The notes below the pieces were generated by a model. It was not told where the DNA came from, did not search any database, and worked only from the letters and a program-made list of their open reading frames with translations. Positions 12,816-25,200 of a stretch of DNA of 64,000 bases are shown here, piece by piece; within the stretch, counting starts at the first letter, position 1, and each line of letters starts with the position of its first letter. This stretch comes from Paragordius varius (lineage: Eukaryota > Animalia > Nematomorpha). A program made the position numbers and the translations under genes. The stretch is from contig OZ176050.1 in assembly GCA_964247055.1 (NCBI GenBank), positions 11,036,001-11,100,000 on the forward strand. Reading direction: 5' to 3'.

Positions 12816-13527
12816 CTTACTAAGGAGTGTCCTGAACACTACAAATTAATCGTTGAAAATTTCAAGTCGGTTCTTCACTTCAGGTTGGTCCATGATCATT
12901 TCAATGTGGTCCTTCAAATTTTTTAATTTGTTTTTAACTATTACAATCAAACCGTGTAACACTCATATATTTTATTATTTTTAAAGTTATTCTTTTAATC
13001 ATTCAGAAACTGTATACCTTCATAAATTTATTTAAAAAAATATAAAGTTTAGAGTCTCTTTTTTCCTTTTTTATTAAAAGGGTAAGGACTTAAATTGTAT
13101 CCGGACATGTGAAGGCTTTAACACTCGCCTGCCCAGGGCTGACAGTGATGATGGAAAAATTGCGTAGTTTTGGGGCTTGAACTCCGGCACACAGTGTAAG
13201 AGTCTGGCGCTTTACCTACTATACCATCATAAATAAGATTCCAAGAGGTTAAAAAATATAAGTTTTCTGGTTTATAAATTACAATATTTCGTTAAAAACA
13301 TTTATGCGTTAGTAGTATTCTTCAATTAAAATATTAGTTTGAAGAAAAAAATTGGTTTTAAGTGAAAAATTAATTTTATAAATATATAATAAATCAAGAA
13401 AATTAGGTTAAAAAATAATAAAATAAATAAATACATGCAAAATTTATGGTTAAAACCAAACTTAAAAAGTTTAAGGAACTTGAAGTGTTGAAGGACCAAC
13501 TTGAAATGTTCTAGTACACTCTTGAAG
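12816..13527. mobile_element. TA-flanked MITE inserted in the LINE
   Basis: Imperfect TIRs CTTACTAAGGAGTGTCC / GTACACTCTTGAAG with TA on both sides (12814-15, 13528-29). Removing it rejoins LINE RT sequence. Confidence 0.6.
13075..13232 (-). mobile_element. tRNA-derived SINE-like element
   Basis: Minus strand has A-box TGGTATAGTAGG and B-box GAGTTCAAGCC followed by a non-tRNA body. A weaker related copy lies near 21600-21690. Confidence 0.55.
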
Positions 13528-16500
13528 TAGAAATGGTATATCATCCGAATGGAAGGAGAGTTTCGCTGTTACCATCAAAAGAGATATAAATGATTGTAAC
13601 AATGGATAAGATTGATGTGTCATACAATGAAGTTATTTGAGTAAAAAACGAATAAAAAATGGCTATTATAAAAGGTAATCAATTTGGTTTTAATCCTGTC
13701 CATCATCGATCCGATTCATGCACAAAAAAGGTTAATTGAAAAGCTAAAAATGAATAAGGAGTTGCATGGAATTTTAATAGATATGAAAAAGCGCTTGACA
13801 TTATATCACAGAATACAGTATGGCAGGGAAGACGAAAAAACGTGCCTGAAAGTTATATAAAAATCCAAAGCATGTACGGATCTCACTGCGCTAAAATTAA
13901 TAAACACCAGGGAGTGTCAGATCCTATTGAAATCCAAGAAGTCTATCAGGGTTCAGCAATCAGTGCGTTGCTATTTATCATATGCATGGACGAAATAACA
14001 AAAGAAGTTGGACAATGTGGAGACTGGTATTTTCTTGATGCAGATGACCCAATAGGGCTAGACGAGTTGTATGATCGAAATTGGTGAGCAATAGATTGAT
14101 GTGTTACACTGGTGCAATCTAAAAGTTAATAAAAGGAAAACGAAACTTATAATTTTTGGTGGGAAAAATCGAGAAATAGAATTGGAAGAAGTTTGTGTAT
14201 TAAAATGTCAGGAGGAATGGAAATATTTAAGAGCAATTTTAACAGCAGATATTTCTTTAACGCACATAAATCTAAGAATTCGAAGTAGTTTGGCAAATTT
14301 AAGATCTTAAATGTTTTGTGAGATACAAATATTGATCTAAAAGTAAAAGGTAAATTTTACAGTGCTGTTTTACAGCCAACAATAACGTTCAACTCACAGA
14401 CATGGGCACTAATGAAATAAGAAAGGCACTTTGAAATTACTGAAATCAGATTGCTTAGATTGATATAGGATGAGGAAAGACAAGCGATGATTTAAAATCG
14501 TCTTAGGTGGTTGGGACATGTAAAAAGAAGATATGGTAATTTTTATAATTTATTGCCTAAAGCTGAGTCACTAATTTGCGTGAAAAATTCGCAAAATTTA
14601 AGTGGAGAAATTTAATTATTGAGTACATAATGCACATTATAATTATTAATATAATTTAAAAGAAGTTTGCTAAAAATTGAAATTATTGTTGATGTTTTTA
14701 GTTTTAAGGCCGACAAGTCAAAAAATTTAAAATATGGAATAAAAATCTCGTGAAATCATTTTGCTAATCTTTGTGATAATATAACAATATTATAAGCATT
14801 TATCATTAACAAATAAAATAAATGGGCATGACTTTATGTAATTAACTTAAAATGGTCCGATATCGCGATAATTTATAAACAATTTTTTTATAAAACATAT
14901 CGTACCAATTATGTCGTTTTATTATAAAAATTTTATGGTATCGGTATGATGAATACTCTTAAAAATTTCTTAAAAACCTTTAATTAATAAAACAAATATT
15001 AGCTAATAGTATAAGTACAAAATCTTTTGAAAAGGCTAATATTGTAATTAAAATAAATAACAATAACGATCAAAAGGATAGTAACCTTTTTTAATGTAAT
15101 ATTTTCAAATTACTTTTCGTCATTTCCATTGAACTGATTATTTAGCCAAATGATTGGAATACCTTTATTAATTAAATGATTACAGATATTTATATTTTGT
15201 GTCGCGTTTGCACATATAAAAACCAATATATTTGCATAGAGTTAATGATAATTTTTTAGTGACAAAAACATAAGGTGTAAACATCAAATAAACTAAATAT
15301 AACACTACGTTTAAAATTGAGTGGTATTTTATCTAGATGAACTGATAGGAAAATATATCATGATTATTAGGGTTTACACTTTTGTGGTAAATTGTTCCGT
15401 ATCAGAGAATGGCAAAATTTGCCCCCATTTTGCCAAATAAAATATTTTAGCCAAAGGCAAAGCTTTATTTCAAAAAATATTATTGAAATATCATACACCA
15501 CTTATAAAAGCACAAATATAATAGTAAAATTTTCATTTTTAGATGTTTCTCCGCCAAATTATTTGGACCTAACTAGTTAAATAAACTCAAAAATGCCGAG
15601 ATTTCCCGATAAAAAATTTATCATATGCTATATTATAATAACAAATATATATTTAAAAAAATGCATACTTTGTATAAAAAATAATATTTCTCAAAATTTT
15701 AAAAAGCGTGCTTCATTTTGTTTTGAGGCACTATGGAGACGGTATAAATGCGCTTTAATATATTATAAAAAACTTTTCTATAATTCAATGGTGCTGAACA
15801 TTTCTATCAGCTGAGAATTTTGATTTGTATATTGGTTCGTCTTAAAATTTATGTGTAATTCAATATCACTTAATTAAATTAAAAGAATAAACCTTTAAAT
15901 TAAAATTCTTGAGGTGATAGAAAGTTCAGCATCATCGAAGATATAGAAAACCTTCCATAATACCCTAAAAAATTTTCAGTTACCACACGCCTCACAAGTC
16001 ATTAAACTCGTTAACAAGCTATAAATTAAATTTTTAAACACAAAATATCATTTTTTGGGATGTAAAAAATTAGTGTTTATTAAAAATTTTATCCTGCAAT
16101 CTCGGCATTTTTACGTTTATTTTAAATGGGTGAAAAAATTTGGGATTTACAGAGCCCATATCTAAAAATTAAAATTCTATAAAAATATTGTTTTACTTTT
16201 TATATGTCATAAAATTTTATTTAAAAAAATATGGGCAAAATTTGCCATTTTCTGATATAAAGCAGTTACCACAACTTTCTAAAATACTCATAAGGGCCAA
16301 AACCAAAAGCATAATAATTCTGATACATTTTAATCACAATATATAATCATCAAAATTTTTGTGGACACTATGTATGCAAAAAACCAAAATTCACAATTTA
16401 GTTTTATATCGTAAATTTTTAAAAACTAAATTTGACTCAATAAGGGGCTTCTCCAATGAGGGACTGTATAATCCAATTTCTCTTTTTTGGATTTTAAAGT

Positions 16501-16949
16501 CTAGCTTGCTTATTAAATTTTAATTTACATTTATTTTCGACTCAGAAACAGATATTATATATTTGAAATTGGAGGTATATTTAGATAAATTATGTGTATA
16601 TAGTAAAATGTAAGAATTCTCATGGTGCTTTTAATTTTGGCTTACGGTTACTAATTTTCCGGTGCTCCACATCCAAATAGTCGCAATAGCGCACAGTAAT
16701 ACAAAATTATTTTATGTAAGCTGAAGACTTTAAACTAATTTGATTACTTAATATAAGCTCTAATATATATTTAAAAACAAAACAACATTTGTAAAAATTT
16801 AAAATTTAGAAGGATGATCTTAAATTCTTAAACCTCTCTAAAATAGGCTAACTTCTTTTAATGGAAAAACCGAAATGCCTAATAACAAGATTTTGTACGT
16901 GCTAGATTATAACATTAAAAAATTATCATATTTATTAGATTAATTTTTT

Positions 16950-17600
16950 TTAAAATTATTATCATAATGTGTTAAACTTTTACCTGTTTTTCAGTCAATT
17001 ATTAATTATTTTTTTCCCACAGCTTTTACTTATTTTGCTTATCTCTCAAGTAATGCATGGATGCTGTTACAGAAAAAGCGAGTGTCATAAACTATTAGTC
17101 AAGCTATTTTTTAACGTCTACGAAATCATTGAAGTGTTGCTCCGCGAGGGTGTGCCCATTGATGCAAAGTTGTATTAGTTAAATAAATCCAGGTCAGTAG
17201 AGTGCGGATGCTAGGAAATATCCTATCAAAACATTTTTAAAAGGTCTTTCACAGATTTTACCGCGTGAGACGACCCCTCATGTAACAAAGTTATTACCAT
17301 GTTTTCTGGCTCATTCTGGCTGTTTTTCGATTAATGTATGGCTCTATTTAGGTATTTATTAGCGATAATTATTAACAATTTCACAAACCTCAAAAAACAC
17401 TTTAATCCTCAGACGCAGATCATGGTTTTCTATCCGAAGCGATTGGGCATTGCTGTTGATGTACCGGCCTAACATGGTAAAAGTAACGATATGCTCGATT
17501 TGGATTTACAAAAGCAAATTACCCATAATTCGGTGAAAAAATGCTTTCTTTGCGTAACGTTCTAGGAGGATTTCATTAGTCACTTTGCGATTTTCGATTT
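16950..17600 (-). mobile_element. Mariner (Tc1/mariner) transposase relic
   Basis: Minus-strand HPHSTDLDLFN*YNFASMG is a decayed mariner HPPYSPDLAPSDY.LF motif; related to the plus-strand copy at 18640-19368. Confidence 0.55.
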
Positions 17601-18639
17601 AACGTTCATTGAATTTGTGTAAAACAGATATACAGAGTTTTTCGGCATTCCCATTGGCCTATTAATTGGTTTTGGTGATATTTGTGATGTTTCTGCTGTT
17701 AAATTTATTGGGTCATCATTTAAAAACTCTTGCACTTTAGCATTTGCGCAGTTGTGTGGTCTACAAGATCGTCTACACTCTATCTTATAAAATCATAACT
17801 AGAAACCATGTCTTACATGTGAATCGAAGCATTTTCACCACTAAGAGAAGACCTAAGCACACAGGAGAATAATCTACAGAGACATTTCGTTTCTTTTGAG
17901 ATTAAAGCAACAAACACACACGAGTTGGTTTTCCCAAAAACTAGAGCCTTTATCTTCAATCAGGTCAAATTTTGTGACTTAAAGAGGACGTTTGGGGCAA
18001 GCATTTGCCATTAGAAGAAAAGGGCTTTTGAAAGTTATCGTTGGTTGTCAAACATTTGGTTAACTTACATAAATGTTAAAATGGTTTTAAATATTAAACG
18101 TACTCATGTAAAAGAATGTGGGCCCTTTTGTTGACCACACAATTGCGAAGACAACCAAGAGTAATTGGATGATGCCCCAACTTACACTTAACAACACCAC
18201 AGTGCACACAAAAAAATATTCTGATAAAATATGTATATTCTGATAGAAAATATTTCTGGATTTTCATAATGCTTTTGAATTTGCCTTAGATATAAGAAAG
18301 TTATTAACACTTTTGTTTCTTTTTATAAAGCTAGCCCATTTAAGGAATGGCAAAAAAATTTTAAAATTAAATTTTTTCAAATTGTATTACTTATAAAATG
18401 GTATATTATATATATTAATGATATTTTTTGGAATAAAGAATTTAGCTTCTACCTAAAAAATTTAATTTAGGAAAGTTTTTCACAAATTTTCCGATTTTTT
18501 TATATGAAGCAATTAACACAAAATAAGTAATTATTTTTCATAGATAACTTATACAGCCCAAAATCAAAAACACCATGATTCTGTTACATTTCATCAGAAT
18601 ATTTATATTTTGCAGAAAATTTCTTATATTCCCGATTTT

Positions 18640-19368
18640 GTGCGCAATACCGTTGTCATAATCAACAAAAACTATAAGATGAAGTTCAAGAGAAAAGATT
18701 AATAAACTTGGTAAGTGGATCCTACTTAATTTAAATGAACGTCAAATTGAATATCGCAAAATGATTTTCTAAAACTATGCTTCAACGTCGCAAAAACAAA
18801 TATTATTGCATCGAATTGGGACAGAAATGGCTTTTTTCGTATCCCCAAAGCGGAAAAATTGTGGCTTCACTTAACAAACCGGTTCATCTACATCAATTCC
18901 GAACTTGTAAAACCCGGTAAAACCGTTATTAGACAACGCTATCGCCAACAAATGATTGATTCTAACTATACATAAATAAAAAAACAGCCCAGATGGGCCA
19001 GAAAACAAGGTAAAGTTTTTTCCCTATGACAATGCGCAGTCTCACACAACGGTATCAGTGAAAGGCACCTTGAAATTGCTATTGGAAATTCTTTCGCCTC
19101 CGCTGATCTATCCTGACTTGGCGCCATTTGACTCATACAACTTTGCATCAATGGGACAGTCGCAGAGCAACACTTCAATATATCGAAGACGATTCCGCAA
19201 AGGACAATCGGTTTTTTGGCACGCCATTCATATATTACCAGAGAGATGTGTGTGGTCTGTGGAAGCCGATGTACAATTTTTAAATAACATCAATAATCAT
19301 TTTTTTCCAAATTTATGTTTTGTTTTTATTTATCAAAAAACCGGTAAAAATTTGTTAATACCTGGTAT
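18640..19368 (+). mobile_element. Mariner transposase pseudogene
   Basis: Decayed LHRI.T.D.KW, 'YDNAQSHT' (HDNARPH) and 'ILSPPLIYPDLAPFDSYNFASM' (WEVLPHPPYSPDLAPSDY) motifs, followed by a TIR-like 3' end. Confidence 0.75.
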
Positions 19369-19419
19369 AATTATACATCTACAAATTTGGTTTGTCTTTA
19401 TTAATACAATTTTTTTATA

Positions 19420-20177
19420 TATACTATTCAAAAGCAGCATTTTTCAACCAAACGCAACATTTTTTAAAGCAAAGACCTTATTTTTTCAAACAAACGCAAC
19501 ATTTTTTACCAAAGACAAATTTTTTCAACCAAACGCACAATTTTTTTTAAGATAAACTTTCTTCATTTTATGACAATTTATTATAAATATTCATTTAATT
19601 TTGAGATTAAGATAAGTTTTTTAGCTCAGTTATTATATTAATGTTTCATTATCAATATTTGCCGGAATGATCAACTTTATTTTCATCTATAAACATGTAT
19701 TTGCAAAAATTGGAGTTTCAATATATTACATGTTTATAACAAAAAGGTAACGAGGTTGATTTTTTTTAAATATTGTAATTTTACTTATAATATCAAACTC
19801 CTATATTGGAAATTTTTTTTATTGAAAAAAAAGTTTAGATAAAATATTTAATATTAAATAACACAAAAATATGGGCAAAGTTAAAATGTTTGACAATGAA
19901 TTTACCAACAAATATTGATAATAAAACATTAAAACATAATTGAACGCTAAAAATCATCTAATCAAAAAATTAATATTATAATACTTAATAACAAATTGTG
20001 ATAAGATTAAAAAATTTGTCTTTAAAATTGTTGCGTTCGCTTGAAAAAATGTTGTTGGTAGGAAAAATGCCTTTCCTTTTAATAAATTTGTTAAAAAATG
20101 TTGTACATGCTTGAATAAATTGTTGTCTTTGCTTGAAAATTTTTTTCAAGTATTGCTTTTGACGTAAAAATAGTATA
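19420..20177. mobile_element. MITE with ~40-bp subterminal tandem repeats
   Basis: Ends TATACTATT / AATAGTATA. Three ~40-bp units TTTTCAACCAAACGCAACATTTTT (19441, 19481, 19521) are mirrored in inverted form at 20020-20160. A related fragment lies near 61440-61540. Confidence 0.6.
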
Positions 20178-20308
20178 TATAAGCCCCAAAACCAAAAGCA
20201 TCATGATACATGAGACAATATTTTACAAAATAAATTTATCCTATTGGGTTATTTGTTTGCACTGTGTTATGTATATTTATATAAAACATTGATTGTAATT
20301 TATGTTAC

Positions 20309-22185
20309 CGAGAACTCCGGAATCATAATATGGTTTGATTAGGATGTTATCATCGATCCAACTAATGAAATATAATATATATTGATTGCATTATTCATTT
20401 AACAATTTAATTATTGGATGTATTGCATTTATGATTATGAGTTATGCAGAAATTAAAGGATATACTACAATGTCCTTTTCGACCGCAATGGACTATGGGA
20501 AAAAATATATGGCCGAATAGCCGCATCATGAACCTTCTTTCAAAAAATCGATTTTTTCAAATTTATAAATTAATTTATAGTTTTTAATAGCATGTGATGA
20601 TACTTCAAATTATAATACAAATATATTTCAAATAAAAAATGATAAAAATTTAATAACGATTTTTAACTGAGGAGCGAAATACCCCCCACAAACTATAAGA
20701 GCGTATTTTTAATAATCGATTTAATTTAAAAACTAGGACTTCCTTAAATCAGAAAAGCGCATGATGATCCTATGAGCGAATTGATTTATCAGCACTGTTT
20801 ATACTCAAAAACTTACGGGGTCAAAAAATCATTTGCATGCTGCTTTTAAAACATAAGTTGGATATTAAAAAACAATTAGATTTTAAAAAAGTATAGAAGC
20901 CATATTGGGATAATATAAAATAAAAATGAATCTATATTTTATAACATTAGAAAAGTTGTAGATTTCAATTTTGTCATAATTGATACATAGCATCCTATTA
21001 CTCATTTTGAGTCTGTCCATATCTGACTTCCAAAATTTTTATTAAAATAGGCTCACATCATATGTTTTATTTCTTTGATACTTCCATTTATTTTTGTCAT
21101 TCTTCTCGACATAATTTTGCTATATAACTTCATCCTTTACTTAAAAATACTTTATTCTGAAGATAATTAACAAAATATTATTCTTCTTGACATAAAACTT
21201 TTTCTTATGGTAAATCTTATTCAAATGTTTAATAAAATATGCTATTAATCATAAATTACCATTGTATTAATTAAATATAAAAATATTTATATATTAATAC
21301 CTTTTTCTTCTCCCTTTTATGAAAGTGGACTTAAAAGTTTCTTTTTTGAGATGTAAAATCCATCGTAAAAAATTTGGGTTTTGTACGGACATCTAAATTG
21401 ATAATATTTTAATTGTATAGCTATCCGTTTAGTCCTAACCCGTCAACAATATAAAATTAATTGTATACTTAACAGTAAAACTAGTTTTTCATATACATAC
21501 TAATTTTAATAAACTGCCAGGGCATGCCTGTAACTCTTTAACTATAATTGCTATTCTTTATATGGCTCAGTAAAAGTAAGTATAAATATAAAATTGGACA
21601 ACACAAGCGACAGTTCCCTGCCTACGGCAGTGATGATAAAAAATTGCATTAAAAACTCTGACACACTTACACGCATATACGTGGCGGCGTCATGCTTTTT
21701 TGGTCGATAATTTAATATATTAACTATTTTAAGTTAAATGAGACGGGTAATTTTACGTAAATTTTAAAAAAAATCAATTCAAATAACACAAAAAGCATGG
21801 AACGATTTCAAAATAAATTAATAATAATAGAAGATCACTATTATTAAAGCACAATACTTGCCTACTGTAACAAAAATGAACGCTTTGATATCTGATAATT
21901 TTAAATTTAAAATAACAGTTCTTTCCTTATTCATTACAATGTTAATTATATGATAGATGGCCATAAAGAAAAAAATATTCTCTATCAAATTTTGAGTTGA
22001 TATTCATGTAGATTCCTTATTATCAAATGATACATATATGGAGTGTCAAATTTTGGGCCACCGTATTTAAGTTTTGGAAGATTTAAATATTTATGAGTGT
22101 CAATGATAGTTAACCCTATTTTTATATTAAATAAATGAATGGACAAATTATTGTTCATTTTTACTTCAAGGTGTTGAAGTATTTT

Positions 22186-22261
<76 letters not shown>

Positions 22262-25200
22262 CATAAAATATTACTTGATAACTGGGATATTCATAGGTTT
22301 CGGCAAACCCATATTTTACTGTAAATCCTATTGTATCCCTCTATAAGAAATAAATAAATAGTACAATTTATGTAATATATATAACACTGGACAACAAATT
22401 TTTCTGCCACTCGAGTTTTTTGAATTTTCTGATATTTAGTATCATTTTAACAGTAAATCTGAAATAAAAATTATAACTCGTTGGAAGAATTTTGTATAAT
22501 TTGATTTTTTTGATTATGCGCCCTCTTTATAAAAATTTTACTAAAAAATATTTTTCTTTGAAAATATACAAGTAATGCCCATTTGTAATATATCATTCGA
22601 AAGAGTAATAAAAACTCTATAAAATGCATACTAATCGTATTACATCGACAGTTAATATTGGACACAAAGAGCGACAAACGCGCGAAGCGAGAGCATTTTT
22701 TTTAATTATTATATTTTTAAAACTAATGGATGAAAATAGCTCAAACTTTGTTTAGATGGTGATGAATGTCCAAAAAAGATAACACAAGAAAGTTTTTTTG
22801 ATTAAAACATTTTTTATTGCTTTTGTGTCACTCAAAACAACCATTTTTAAGTTTTTTGTTTTTTAAAAATTACCATCTCATCAATATTAATTTATTTTCT
22901 TTATAAGGCTGATAATTTCGAAATTTTAAAGATAAAAACAAAGTTTAAGGTATTTTTGATCTTTTATAGCCATTATGTAATAAATTTACAGTTATAACTA
23001 TGCATTTTAGTATCCACCAGGTTAAATATTTATGATAATAATAATTTTTATTAAAAAAGCAAACCAAAAGCTTTTTCAAACATTTATTTAAAATTAAATA
23101 TTAATATAACCCTAATGATTATATTAAAATAATTTGTATGATTATCAAATTAGTTGGTCTGTGAAAATTCTTGACTTACTTAAGGATTAATTTCGACCAT
23201 TTAAATCCAAATAACTTTTACATCCGATTGATTTAAATGACTTACTACCATTTAAAAAATGCAGTTTTTTGCGCTCTTTCGAATGATATAAAATACATGG
23301 CTTCATATCTCAAACTTTTAATTTTCGAAATTTCGAGTTTAATGTTAAATCGGGGCCAAAAATTATCGATAAACTCTAATATAAAAAAATTCTTCCATGC
23401 TAGACCAATTTTCTTTTCAGTTATACTAATTATGTACTTTAATGAAATAAATTTTAAATTTACAAGAATGGCAGTTAAAAAAAGTTAAATTTTTTTGTCT
23501 AGTGTAATATATAAAACTCATAAAAGCCAATACTTACAACATGTGCAGCGAAAATCCCATCGTTAGCTCCGTTAATTTTTGCATTTACCTCCTTTAAAAA
23601 TTCTGTAAGCTACATATATTTTTAAAAACTAATACTTGGGTAAATTTTCCCTCATGCATATTGTAAAATTTTGCAAACACTCTGTTTATAACATGCTTAT
23701 AATAATCCATGGTTAAGGTCAAACATTGTTTATTCCACATCTCAATCCGAGAAATAGATGCCAGAGATGTATTCAAACGAACGGCCTCCAATCTTGCTTT
23801 AAGACCGGGTTCGATGAGATGCATCCATGCATATAAAGTTCGCAATTTTACATATTGATAGAATTTTCTATACATGCAAAATTTCAAAAACACATTTTTA
23901 ATACACTATCTATTAATTGTTTGTGAAAACCATTTCTGCCAAAAATGGATATTCCTAATGTTTGGTTCATATTTTAAATAAAATGTGTAGTTTCAAAGTT
24001 ATAGCATTTTTTGTATATTAGAAATACCAGCTTTAAGAATGAGAAATTGGGGACAGGTGTCGGGACAAAACGCAAAATCAAGCAAGTTTTTATATTTTTG
24101 AATATAATAAAATACGCTAAATATGTGCTGATACTGGGGGAGTAGTAGATATATTTTATATATAACATTATATTTTAAAAATAAAATTTTCTTACAGTGG
24201 ATTAAATTACACCTTGCTACTTTGTAAACATATAACAGATTAGCTTTAATACTTTATGGAAAATAAATAGCGAAAGATATTTTCCAATCGAACTTTATAT
24301 CATATTCACCGATATAATACTTATGAGCCTAGAATTTTTTTCTTAATTTTTTTATAAATTCCAGCATGACTGAATCTCACCATTTTTCAAAAATCAACAA
24401 TCCGTGGCATCGGATTTTACTTTTTTTTTAAAAAAACCCAAACCGGAAATAAAAACTTCATGTTTCACTTTCCTGTTAATAACCAATAATCGATTTTAAA
24501 AGTCATAAGAATTAACTGAAAAATGATAACACATGATAGGTTTTTAATTTCATATAACAAGGCTTTAATAAATATCATGGAATTAAATAAGCTAATACCG
24601 TCTCCAGTTACTATATCTCCATAATAGGGAAAAAATTGTATTTAATGCTTCAAATTGTCGGCTAGGCATTATGATATTCCTGCCAGAAAGTTGGATCTAA
24701 AATTTTTGAACTTTTATAATTCACATATGATAATACTACTGGACAATAAATTTTAACTTTTAAGAGTGTCATTTCGAAAATTCCGAATTCACTTTATTTT
24801 GGACTTGCCAAAAAAATTAGTCCATATCTTAAAATTTTTTTATTAAAGTTTTTTGAAATGGTCCTGATTATTTACAATTAGTTTTTTATGTTTAAACATA
24901 TTTAATATTTAGCAGTATTTAATATATCATTACAAAGATGCAAAAAACTGAATTTTTTTAATGATAAAATGATTTAACTGAAATTATGTATAAGGTATTA
25001 TGTGTCAAATTTCATAACTTATACTACCACATAAGATATTTAATAATGAGGGCTAATGGCGCGTCAAATTTGAGTAAAAAGCTTGTGAGTAAGCCAGTTT
25101 TGGCCTTTACGGGTGATTAAAGATATTATTTACACTTTTGTGGTAGAAGGGCGAAAAAATTTGGGACTTTCGGAACGTACATTAAAAATTCAAAATTTAT

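Larger units (their letters stand above)
11380..14530 (+). mobile_element. Degenerate RTE-clade LINE interrupted by a MITE
   Basis: Fragments ASINVGSLR, LSLYAPQ, KAAGPD, EWKES, NQFGF-like, QGSAISALLF, DADD, RLRWLGH appear in order, with many stops and frameshifts. Coding resumes at ~13530 after the MITE. Confidence 0.8.

Noticed and set aside
13170-13232. tRNA gene
   Set aside because: A and B boxes are present but no complete cloverleaf or acceptor stem could be formed; treated as a SINE head.
15100-15330. Candidate downstream M13 exons (GIPIIWLNNQF..)
   Set aside because: Could not be joined in phase to the 20309 exon, and similarity is too weak to distinguish from AT-rich noise.
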